Origin: a virus | Lineage: Duplodnaviria; Caudoviricetes | Strand: one strand, 5' to 3' | Length of the DNA: 26,164 nucleotides | IMG/VR virus record: IMGVR_UViG_3300006127_000086 | Span: 1-26,164 of that record | Shown: positions 16,542-24,645 of the stretch, piece by piece | Layout of the letters: each line of letters starts with the position of its first letter | Position numbering within the stretch: the first letter of the stretch is position 1 | Notes under the pieces: model-generated | What the model was told of the DNA's origin: nothing | What the model saw: only the letters and a program-made list of their open reading frames with translations | Databases searched by the model: none | Translations under genes and position numbers: made by a program

Positions 16542-16940
16542 ATGGCAATTCCATTTCCAGAAGTATCTGTTGAACAATACAATTCTTGTTTCAAATATTT
16601 TTTAGATGTTGAGTTAAATGGTATCATTTCAGAGTTGAATGCTGACGAAAAGAACCAATTCTTTAAAATGATTACTGAATATCCTGCTCTATTAGATAAG
16701 TTATTCTTTGTTAAAGGTGCGCCTTTTACCAACTATGTAATTTATGGTAATGAATTCTATGAGGCTTTAGCAGACCACCATGATGATATTGATTACACAC
16801 CAAGTTGGATTGTTTCTGAATACAAAGAGTGGTTAGTAAACAACAAAATGCCTTTTCCTGAAGATAAAGCAGTAAAAGATGGTTTAGATTTTACTCCAAT
16901 GCTAAACTTCCAAGCTAAAATGGCAGAACTCACAAAATAA
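16542..16940 (+). CDS. hypothetical acidic protein in the cluster
   Basis: AAGGA RBS, 1 nt after the Cys-rich gene. Confidence 0.85.
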   Translation: MAIPFPEVSVEQYNSCFKYFLDVELNGIISELNADEKNQFFKMITEYPALLDKLFFVKGAPFTNYVIYGNEFYEALADHHDDIDYTPSWIVSEYKEWLVNNKMPFPEDKAVKDGLDFTPMLNFQAKMAELTK

Positions 16941-16956
16941 AGTTTTCTACTATATT

Positions 16957-17610
16957 ATGGAATTAGAAAAGGGTGTGTACCCAAGTAGTGTAGATAAATC
17001 ACTTTGGGAAAGTCCAATATGGGTAAGAAAAACTGGTTTTGATATACACTTCAACAAAGAATTGTTATTAGAATTATACAATATTGCTAACAATATCAAA
17101 TTAGGTTTAGATGAGAATGTCGGCAGTAGTTTATTGGATTACACACACAATCACCCCTGCCTCAAAGAATTACTTGAAACTAAAAAACGAGTAATTACTG
17201 AGGTCGTCAATCAATATTTACCCAAGACACATAAAGCATCTTTCTTTCCCATTTCCAGTTGGTTAAATGTAAAAGAATCTGACGAGGTGATTGAGATGCA
17301 TGGTCATCCAGATTCAACAATCGCCTGTACCTATTACATAACTGTACCAACCAATGGTGGTGAACTATATTATTTGGACACAGGTAAAATAGGTGAACAC
17401 CACACTTCAATCAAACAAATCAAACCTGAAATCGGTGATTTAGTATTTTTTCCATCATATGTGTTACATGGGGTAACTGCCAATAAAGATAATAACTTGA
17501 GAGTAAGTTTATCTACCGATTACAGTTACAAATTAACTGATGATAGTAAAGATCAATTGGTGATATCAAGTTGGATTAATTCAATGATTAAGATAGAAAA
17601 ACTATTATGA
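16957..17610 (+). CDS. 2OG-Fe(II) oxygenase (TIGR02466-like)
   Basis: WLN...HGHPDS..CTYY...GGEL...PEIGDLVFFPSYVLHGV...RVSLS. Confidence 0.88.
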   Translation: MELEKGVYPSSVDKSLWESPIWVRKTGFDIHFNKELLLELYNIANNIKLGLDENVGSSLLDYTHNHPCLKELLETKKRVITEVVNQYLPKTHKASFFPISSWLNVKESDEVIEMHGHPDSTIACTYYITVPTNGGELYYLDTGKIGEHHTSIKQIKPEIGDLVFFPSYVLHGVTANKDNNLRVSLSTDYSYKLTDDSKDQLVISSWINSMIKIEKLL

Positions 17611-18170
17611 ATCCATATTACACAAAATTAAAACCTATTGATTTGGCCAAGTTTATCAATTTTAAAATATTGGGGTCACAATACATCTGTGCAGGTTCAT
17701 TGGCTGAATATTCATATGTTGATGTTGATAGTTCCATTATTGTACCAGAGCCATATCAAGATAAATTCTTCACAACACATTTAGCAATTAGTGGTAAAGT
17801 TGTACCTCACCGTGACCAAGGCATTCAATGTAAGATTAATATCTACCTCTCAGATAATCATGCCATCACAAGATTCTATTCATCCACAAACCAATCAGAT
17901 TACAAAGAGATTGCTAAAGATTGTGTTGGTTGTAACTATGATAAGTTTATAAGTGGTGAATGTGCTTGTAGTATTAAACCGTATAATCTTACATTAGTTG
18001 ACCAGTATGAGGCAAAACCATATGATGTATATCTATTAAATACAACACAGATGCATAGTGTAGAAGAAATTACTTCTGATAATGTTAGGTTGGCACTCAC
18101 GATGACCACAGGTATGAGTTATGAATCTGTTTATAACATATTAAAAGACCATGGATTAATTGATGTTTAA
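17607..18170 (+). CDS. putative 2OG-Fe(II) oxygenase (DSBH)
   Basis: PHRD...LLNTTQMHSV...RLALT (HxD...H...R). Confidence 0.75.
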   Translation: MNPYYTKLKPIDLAKFINFKILGSQYICAGSLAEYSYVDVDSSIIVPEPYQDKFFTTHLAISGKVVPHRDQGIQCKINIYLSDNHAITRFYSSTNQSDYKEIAKDCVGCNYDKFISGECACSIKPYNLTLVDQYEAKPYDVYLLNTTQMHSVEEITSDNVRLALTMTTGMSYESVYNILKDHGLIDV

Positions 18171-18696
18171 AATAATTGGTAATGTTCATATTGGTGGCGT
18201 CAATATATTAAAAAAACAAATTGAGTTTTCCACAAGACCAGATGATAAAGAGTTCTATGGTATAAGATACTATGATGTTGAATCTCCAATCTTATCATAT
18301 ATTTACTCTCTTTTACCTTCAGAAGTACACAAAGATTTTTACTCATCACTATTAATGATAAATGATAATCTACCCGCACACACAGACATTGTAGAAACGG
18401 CAGCATTCAATTGTTATATTAAACCTGGTAACTATTACACCAGTTTCTATACAAGTAAACCAAACCCAACATTAAGTGAATATGCTGACCATGGCGAAGG
18501 TCATATTTACCAACCAGAAGATTTGGTATTCATGGGTGGGTTTCAGGCGAAACAATTTGATATAGTACTGATTAATAATAAGGTGATTCATGGTGTGGTA
18601 TCAAATACTCTTGCCAAAGAGGTTAGAGAAGTGTTACAATTAGCAACTAATAAGTATAGTTATAATGAAGTATGTAATATGTTGAAAGGTGTATAA
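18163..18696 (+). CDS. putative 2OG-Fe(II) oxygenase (DSBH)
   Basis: AHTD...LINNKVIHGV...REVLQ; same architecture as previous gene. Confidence 0.75.
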   Translation: MFKIIGNVHIGGVNILKKQIEFSTRPDDKEFYGIRYYDVESPILSYIYSLLPSEVHKDFYSSLLMINDNLPAHTDIVETAAFNCYIKPGNYYTSFYTSKPNPTLSEYADHGEGHIYQPEDLVFMGGFQAKQFDIVLINNKVIHGVVSNTLAKEVREVLQLATNKYSYNEVCNMLKGV

Positions 18697-19466
18697 TGTT
18701 TTACGAAAAACTAGATATTAAATTTGACCTTGAAAAATTAAGAGAAGAAGTAAAGAAATCTGTATTTACTTTGGGTGACCAAGTTATTCAAGGTGAAGAA
18801 TATGAAACGCCACAATATAATGGTTTTGGTGGTTGGAGTTTACTAAGTCAATCTGGTGACTGGCGAGATGGTTTTGAATTCTTTCAAAACGAACAAGGTA
18901 CTTCTTTAGAAGAAGTATTCTTTCCAAAAAATTCAAACAACTATGAGACTTTAAAATATCTTGGAATTACACATTCAATGTTGTACAAGATTCCAACACA
19001 GGCATGTGTAGGTGAGATTAAAAAATTGTTAGATGAAATTGAATCGTTAGGTTTTTATCCTAGGCGAGCAAGAATTACTTGTTTGAAAGCAGGTTCCAAA
19101 TCATTAGTTCATAGTGATGGACCTAAACAAGAGTATATAGCTAGAATTCACATTCCATTATGGACAAATAAAAAAAGTGTTTTCATTTGTGACGGTATTA
19201 ACTTACATATGGAAGCAGGTTCTGCTTATATTGTTTGGGTCAATGATTGGCACCAAATTAGAAATGATGGTGACGAAGATAGATATCATATCATCATGGA
19301 TGCCTACGATACCAAAAAGATTACACAAACTTTTCATTATGATGGTGAAATCAAACAACTTGAAGATTATGCTGAGGCATTACAAAAGAGAATTGATGAG
19401 ACAGTAATCACTCCTGAGAAGATTGAACTCTTTGAGAATGAACTGAGTAAGTATAGAACCAAGTAA
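18696..19466 (+). CDS. aspartyl/asparaginyl beta-hydroxylase-like 2OG-Fe(II) oxygenase
   Basis: RARITCLKAGS..VHSD...RIHIPLWTN...HMEAGSAY...WHQIRNDGDEDRYHIIMD. Confidence 0.85.
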   Translation: MFYEKLDIKFDLEKLREEVKKSVFTLGDQVIQGEEYETPQYNGFGGWSLLSQSGDWRDGFEFFQNEQGTSLEEVFFPKNSNNYETLKYLGITHSMLYKIPTQACVGEIKKLLDEIESLGFYPRRARITCLKAGSKSLVHSDGPKQEYIARIHIPLWTNKKSVFICDGINLHMEAGSAYIVWVNDWHQIRNDGDEDRYHIIMDAYDTKKITQTFHYDGEIKQLEDYAEALQKRIDETVITPEKIELFENELSKYRTK

Positions 19467-19467
19467 T

Positions 19468-20004
19468 ATGAATACACAAATACTTTTTGGAACACCTTTT
19501 TGGTCTAAAAAACTTACTGATGATAATGAATTTAATCTATCTTTATTAAAAGAAGGATTAAACTATCAAGGTGGTAATTATTTTGATTTGCCTGGTGAAT
19601 CAATTGCAAAGTTAAAAGATGAAGTTAGCAAAGAGATAACTGAAATTATTAAGATTCATAAACCCTCTTATAATTCAATTAAATTTGAAGCAAGACAAAA
19701 TCCAATTGAACCATTACAAGATGATAGTCCACATTTTCATCCTGAACGTTTTTTGGTGGCAGTATATTATGTTCGTGTGCCTGAATCATCAGGAGATTTA
19801 TTACTACATGATCCTAGGGGTTCGGTAAATTGGAACGACAACCAAATAATCTCAGATAATATCAAATTAGGTAGAACATTTTATAAAGTATCACCAATAG
19901 AAGGAACATTGGTAATATTCCCAGGATATTTAATACACTCGGTTACTACTAATCTAAGTAATGATGTACGAGTAAGTATTGCAATTAATATAATAGTAGA
20001 ATAA
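19468..20004 (+). CDS. 2OG-Fe(II) oxygenase (TIGR02466-like)
   Basis: HFHP..LVAVYYV..PESSGDLLLHDPRG...EGTLVIFPGYLIHSV..N...RVSIAIN. Confidence 0.9.
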   Translation: MNTQILFGTPFWSKKLTDDNEFNLSLLKEGLNYQGGNYFDLPGESIAKLKDEVSKEITEIIKIHKPSYNSIKFEARQNPIEPLQDDSPHFHPERFLVAVYYVRVPESSGDLLLHDPRGSVNWNDNQIISDNIKLGRTFYKVSPIEGTLVIFPGYLIHSVTTNLSNDVRVSIAINIIVE

Positions 20005-20005
20005 T

Positions 20006-20670
20006 ATGCCATTTACCTTTTGTCCACCAAAAGTCCTCGATGACTTAAAATCTGAAACCTTTCCTGATGGCATGAGGTATTATACTCTACCTGATGGTAC
20101 TAAATTGCCTTCTGTTACTACTGTGATTGGCGCCCAAAAGAAAGAGGGTATCATGAAATGGCGTAAAAGAGTTGGTGAAGCAGAAGCTAATAGAATCTCC
20201 AAACAAGCAACAGGTCGAGGCACCAATGTACACACCTTATGCGAGAGATATCTAAACAATGAGAAGTTAGGCACAATCATGCCTGATGCGTTGGAGATGT
20301 TCCAATCAATTAAGCCACAATTGAATCGTATCGACAATATTCATTATCAAGAATGTGTATTGTGGTCTAAACAATTAGGCATGGCAGGTCGTGTGGATTG
20401 TATTGGTGAATTTGATGGTGTATTATCTGTTATTGACTTTAAAACATCAAAGAAAATTAAAGAAATGGCACACATTGAAGATACTTTTGGCAAACATCAG
20501 CATATGCTTTGATGTATGAAGAAATGATTGGTACACCAATTGATAATCTGGTAATTATTATGGCAGTTGAGAACGAAAAACCTTTGGTATTTCAGCAGAA
20601 AACCGCTGACCACATACCTGGATTGGTAAAAGCGATTGATTATTACCACAAAAATGTTGCCAAAGCCTAA
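20006..20670 (+). pseudogene. PD-(D/E)xK (RecB/Cas4-like) exonuclease with a 1-nt frameshift at about 20482
   Basis: PSVTTV, RGTNVH, AGRVDC, IDFKT in frame; continues in -1 frame YFWQTSAYALMYEEM...VAKA-TAA at 20670. Confidence 0.8.
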
Positions 20671-20685
20671 ATATAATGATATAAT
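20657..20685 (+). promoter_or_regulatory. composite sigma70 + late-like promoter upstream of the tmRNA unit
   Basis: TTGCCA, 17 bp spacer, TGn-TATAAT with CTAAATA (20667-20673) in the spacer. Confidence 0.7.
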
Positions 20686-20735
20686 GGTTTCCTATTTCGA
20701 ATAAAATAGGTGGTGGGTCGGACTAAGAGGCGAAA

Positions 20736-20867
20736 ATGAAAGTAAAAGAACTAGTTAAAAAATTATATAAAGCTGAAGTTAATCACAATATGAGTAAAGT
20801 GAAAAAACTTTGGTTTAAACTGTTGAAGAAAAGCCTTAAAGGCAAGCATACTGAAGCAGTTAAGTAA
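20736..20867 (+). CDS. small very basic protein (43 aa, not in ORF track)
   Basis: GAGG RBS; MKVKELVKKLYKAEVNHNMSKVKKLWFKLLKKSLKGKHTEAVK. Confidence 0.7.
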   Translation: MKVKELVKKLYKAEVNHNMSKVKKLWFKLLKKSLKGKHTEAVK

Positions 20868-21160
20868 TTCGTAGAAGTTGTTTGAAAGTTGTTGTGGACG
20901 CTGGGGCAGTACCAGCCCGGTCCACCATAATCGTATATGAAAACCAATCCTAATGTACGATTATGATGGGCCGGAAATAGATTCGACATGGCAATAATTA
21001 GAACAATGGAGAATCGGCAAAGCGAAAGCCGTTAGGATTGAGGACACTCGGTCGAAGAAGCAAATTAAATTAAACGCTAACGATGAAAGTTACGCACTGG
21101 CAGCCTAAACACCTGTCGGAGTTTTCCAGCGATTGTACTTGGCAACAGAAACAATCGTTC
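20868..21160 (+). ncRNA. ssrA: circularly permuted (two-piece) tmRNA
   Basis: Acceptor piece ends GCTGG-GGCAGTA-CCAGC-CCGGTCC-A-CCA (20927). Coding piece starts GGGCCGG...GATTCGAC (20968), giving a G3-U70 pair. Tag ANDESYALAA-TAA at 21076-21108; 3' hairpin with GCAACAGAA. Outer ends approximate. Confidence 0.93.
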
Positions 21161-21231
21161 CACAAACCCTATCACAAAGTCAGAAGTACTTGGGTCCAAG
21201 GTCAGAGTAACGACCGTAAACAAAAGGAGAT

Positions 21232-21762
21232 ATGATGTTCGCATCAAAATCAAAAGCTATATTATTGTTGTTAAGTTGTGCTTTATTGGCATATTCATTC
21301 CCATCTATTTCACAAGAGGTTACTCAAATGGTAGTAGAACAACAAGTGAGTGAAGATTTCAATAAACAATTAAAGTGCCTTGCAGATAATGTTTATTTTG
21401 AATCCGCAACAGAGTCCTATGAAGGTAAATTGGCAGTAGCACAGGTAACAATCAATCGTGCAAACGATCCAAAGTTTGGTGGTACAGTATGTGAAGTGGT
21501 ATACCAACGTAGTTATGTTAATAAGTTGGTGGTATGCCAGTTTTCATGGACTTGTATGAAAAATATGTTGGTAAGAGACAAGTATGCCTACGATGAATCT
21601 GAAATGGTTGCAAGAAAGGCCTTGACGGAACCAGATGTTCATGATACAATAGCGAGAACAAATGCGTTATACTATCATAACACACAGGTGAATCCAGGTT
21701 GGAACTTACAACGAGTTACACAAATTGGTCACCACATATTTTATAAAGCAAAGAATATTTGA
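21232..21762 (+). CDS. SleB-like cell wall hydrolase (Hydrolase_2) with signal peptide
   Basis: CLADNVYFES..E...GKLAVAQVTINR...VCEVVYQ...QFSW...ALYYH...IGHHIFYK; AGGAG RBS. Confidence 0.9.
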   Translation: MMFASKSKAILLLLSCALLAYSFPSISQEVTQMVVEQQVSEDFNKQLKCLADNVYFESATESYEGKLAVAQVTINRANDPKFGGTVCEVVYQRSYVNKLVVCQFSWTCMKNMLVRDKYAYDESEMVARKALTEPDVHDTIARTNALYYHNTQVNPGWNLQRVTQIGHHIFYKAKNI

Positions 21763-21763
21763 G

Positions 21764-21985
21764 ATGCCTACAAGAGATGAGATTAAACAATTTAGTATGA
21801 TGATTGAACAATTGGCGGCAGATGAACATTTAGGTTTAATGGATGCCATCTGCCATCATTGTAAAGAAACAGAATTAGAAATAGAAGTTGCTGCCAGTTT
21901 AATTAGTTCAGCACTCAAAGCCAAGATTAAAGAAGAAGCACAAAGTTTAAATTTAATTAAGAAATCTAGTAAACTACCAATATGA
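21764..21985 (+). CDS. 33: late promoter transcription coactivator gp33
   Basis: FSMMIE...MDAI..C...LIS..LKAKIKEEAQSLNL; T4 synteny 33-59-32. Confidence 0.85.
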   Translation: MPTRDEIKQFSMMIEQLAADEHLGLMDAICHHCKETELEIEVAASLISSALKAKIKEEAQSLNLIKKSSKLPI

Positions 21986-22602
21986 GTGAAAACACAGGCT
22001 TTGCGGCCTTTGCTTTATATAATGCTATAAAATTACATTTTACATCCGATTCTTACGATTACTTTAAATATAATGGCAAGACGAATGTATCAAAGCAGTC
22101 CTTTATGGTACGAAAAGATAAGTACCAATTCTATAAATTGTCCCGTAAATATTCTTTAGAAGAACTTAGAGATTTTTATGTGGCAAACTTTCTACAAGGT
22201 GATAAGTGGGTAGGTGATATGACTGGTACTGAAGGTGAGGAAAATTACCTAAAATGGCAAAAAACTCAACAGGCCTTGACTTATACTTTTAATAATGATA
22301 TAATATACTTGTTTGATTTGGTAGATGGTGCCGAGTCTTGGACAAGAGATGATATATTGAGATGCCACGGTGGCGGTTGGCCAATGATTATCACTAAGTT
22401 GATGAAGAATGAAGTAACATTAGAATCGGTTTGTATTTTGGTTGATTTGGTAGGTTGTATGCCTCGATGGGAAAAGGAAGTTACTGAAGATATTATTTGG
22501 CCATTCTGGCACCGATTGATTAAAAAGTATACACCATTTATACAGTATGATAAAGAAAAGTTTTTAAAGAATTTGAAAGAAAAAATTAAAGAATATGCGT
22601 AA
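21982..22602 (+). CDS. 59: helicase loader gp59
   Basis: LYNAIKLHFTSDSYDYFKYNGK...RKDKYQFYKLSRKY...KKYTPF. Confidence 0.9.
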   Translation: MSENTGFAAFALYNAIKLHFTSDSYDYFKYNGKTNVSKQSFMVRKDKYQFYKLSRKYSLEELRDFYVANFLQGDKWVGDMTGTEGEENYLKWQKTQQALTYTFNNDIIYLFDLVDGAESWTRDDILRCHGGGWPMIITKLMKNEVTLESVCILVDLVGCMPRWEKEVTEDIIWPFWHRLIKKYTPFIQYDKEKFLKNLKEKIKEYA

Positions 22603-23086
22603 GCCACAAATTAGTTGTATATATCTTGATATGGATGGAGTTATTGCTGATTTCACCAAGAGATATCAAGAGTTATACAAGATGATGCCAAGAGAGGCAG
22701 AAAAGAATAAACAGTTCAATAAATTCTTTGATGAGTTTATTGCTACAGGTCAATTTGCAACATTAGAATTGATGCCAGGAACTATGGAAGGAATTGAATT
22801 TCTCCGTAAGGCTTCTGTACCTACTCAAATTCTATCCTCAACAGCAAGTCAGGAAAGATATGATGCGATTTCTAAACAGAAATTGATATGGTTACAGACA
22901 CATGGTATTACATTCACTCCAAACTTTGTTCCAGGTAAAAGACTGAAACAAGAGTATGCAGCACCTGATAAGATTATCATTGATGATACTGAATCCGTTA
23001 TCGAACAATGGAAAGCAAAAGGTGGTATTGGCATTCTTCACAAAGATTGGCCAACCACTCTGGCAATACTTAAAATGTATGTTTAA
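22595..23086 (+). CDS. HAD-family 5'(3')-deoxyribonucleotidase-like protein
   Basis: IYLDMDGVIADF (DxD), ILSS, K..WL, IIIDD...W...GGIGILH. Confidence 0.85.
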   Translation: MRKPQISCIYLDMDGVIADFTKRYQELYKMMPREAEKNKQFNKFFDEFIATGQFATLELMPGTMEGIEFLRKASVPTQILSSTASQERYDAISKQKLIWLQTHGITFTPNFVPGKRLKQEYAAPDKIIIDDTESVIEQWKAKGGIGILHKDWPTTLAILKMYV

Positions 23087-23088
23087 TC

Positions 23089-23595
23089 ATGAAACCTAGT
23101 TTAAAGTATAATTCATTATCTAAAGAAATATTACAACACCTTTTTAATTATGAAGATGGTGAATTATATTGGAAAAATCACCATTGGTTTAAAAATAATG
23201 TAGGTAAAAAAGCCGGAACAAAAATGAAAACTGGATATTACCACATTTGTATCAAACAACAGATTTATTTAAAACACCGATTGATATTTTTATATCATCA
23301 CGGATATTTACCAGAATATATCGACCATATAAATGGTGATAAAGATAATAACAGAATTGAAAATTTAAGACCAGCAGATTATAATCAAAATGGTTATAAT
23401 CAAAAAATTCCAAAAAATAATAAAAGTGGATATAAAGGTGTTGTCTGGCGTGAAAATCAAAAAAGGTGGATAGCTCAAGTTGGTTATAAAAACAAAATGT
23501 ATCATCTTGGTAGTTTTATTTTAAAAAAAGATGCCATTGATACTGTTAAAATTTTTAGAGAAAAACACCACAAAGAATTTGCTCGAGAAGCTTGA
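23089..23595 (+). mobile_element. HNH homing endonuclease with AP2-like C-terminal domain
   Basis: HRLIF...IDHINGDKDNNRIENLR...N; NKSGYKGV.W....RWIAQV...HLGSF. Confidence 0.88.
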
Positions 23596-23620
23596 TTTTT
23601 ACTAAATATTATGATATAGT
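23592..23620 (+). promoter_or_regulatory. composite sigma70 + late-like promoter of gene 32
   Basis: TTGATT, 17 bp spacer, TGn-TATAGT with CTAAATA (23602-23608) in the spacer. Confidence 0.65.
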
Positions 23621-23692
23621 AGTTGATTATGAGAAGTAATTTGAATAAGTCGTTTATATTCCGTTTATACACCGTTAATAAGGAGAAGTACA

Positions 23693-24595
23693 ATGAGTTT
23701 CGCTAATCTCAAACGCCAATCAGGCAACCTCAGCAAATTACAACAAGCAGTTGAGGCACTCAATCAAAACCCCGAAGCAGGTTCAGATAAATCAGAAAAC
23801 TTTTGGAAGCCAGAAGTAGATAAAGCAGGTAATGGCATGGCCGTTATTCGTTTTCTACCTGCATCTGAAAAAGATGGTGATGATGCTCTGCCATGGGTCA
23901 AGATTCATAAACATGGTTTTCAAGGACCTGGTGGTTGGTTAATTGATAATTGTTTAACCACACTTAACAAGCAATGTCCTGTTTGTGAACACAATTCTAC
24001 ATTATGGCAGTCAGGTATTGAAGCTAATAAAGATGTAGTTCGTAAACAGAAACGTAAGTTGGATTATATTGCCAACGTATACATTGTTTCTGATCCAAAA
24101 CATCCTGAAAATGAAGGTAAAGTGAAGTTGTTCCGTTTTGGTAAAAAGATTTTTGATAAAATCTCCGAAGCAATGAACCCACAGTTTGAAGATGAACAAG
24201 CAATCAATCCATTTGATTTATGGAAAGGTGCTAATTTCAAGTTGAAGATTCGTAAGGTAGAAGGTTATCAGAATTATGATAAGTCTGAATTTGAATCACC
24301 ATCAGCATTATTTGAAGATGATGGTCAGATGGAAGATGTTTATAAGCGTGAATTCGCTCTGAGTGATTTGATTGCTGATAAAGAGTTCAAGTCTTATGAT
24401 GAGTTGAAGAAACGTCTTGATAAAGTTCTAGGTTTGAATGGTGAAACACCAACACCTAAGACTACTGTTGAGACAATCAAAGAACAGACTCGTTCAGCAC
24501 CTAAACCAGCAGCAGAAGATTCACCCTTTGTTGAACCAGATTTAACAGAAGATGATGACCTGAGTTATTTTGCTAAACTAGCAGAAGAAGAATAA
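23693..24595 (+). CDS. 32: single-stranded DNA binding protein gp32
   Basis: WKPEVDKAGNG.AVIRFLP, Zn ligands H...C...CPVC, GANFKLKIRKVEGYQNYDKSEF, acidic tail; AGGAG RBS. Confidence 0.96.
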   Translation: MSFANLKRQSGNLSKLQQAVEALNQNPEAGSDKSENFWKPEVDKAGNGMAVIRFLPASEKDGDDALPWVKIHKHGFQGPGGWLIDNCLTTLNKQCPVCEHNSTLWQSGIEANKDVVRKQKRKLDYIANVYIVSDPKHPENEGKVKLFRFGKKIFDKISEAMNPQFEDEQAINPFDLWKGANFKLKIRKVEGYQNYDKSEFESPSALFEDDGQMEDVYKREFALSDLIADKEFKSYDELKKRLDKVLGLNGETPTPKTTVETIKEQTRSAPKPAAEDSPFVEPDLTEDDDLSYFAKLAEEE

Positions 24596-24616
24596 ACCTC
24601 CCACCCCTTGGTTTAG

Positions 24617-24640
24617 AACCCACCGAAAGGTGGGTTTTTT
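24617..24640 (+). terminator. rho-independent terminator
   Basis: AACCCACC-GAAA-GGTGGGTT followed by TTTT, between convergent genes. Confidence 0.9.
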
Positions 24641-24645
24641 ATTGG

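Noticed and set aside
20006-20512. Stop-codon reassignment explaining the short exonuclease
   Set aside because: The missing C-terminus is in another frame, and other genes read normally in the standard code.
20895-20927. tRNA-Ala-like 3' end with CCA
   Set aside because: No anticodon arm or upstream 5' half; its partner strand lies downstream, so it is the tmRNA acceptor piece.
20783-20989. Minus-strand 68-aa ORF
   Set aside because: Overlaps the tmRNA and the basic peptide gene antisense; no coding signals.
21161-21231. Small hairpins (CTTGG/CCAAG, GGTC/GACC) before the SleB-like gene as a riboswitch
   Set aside because: Stems are too short and match no riboswitch consensus I recognise.
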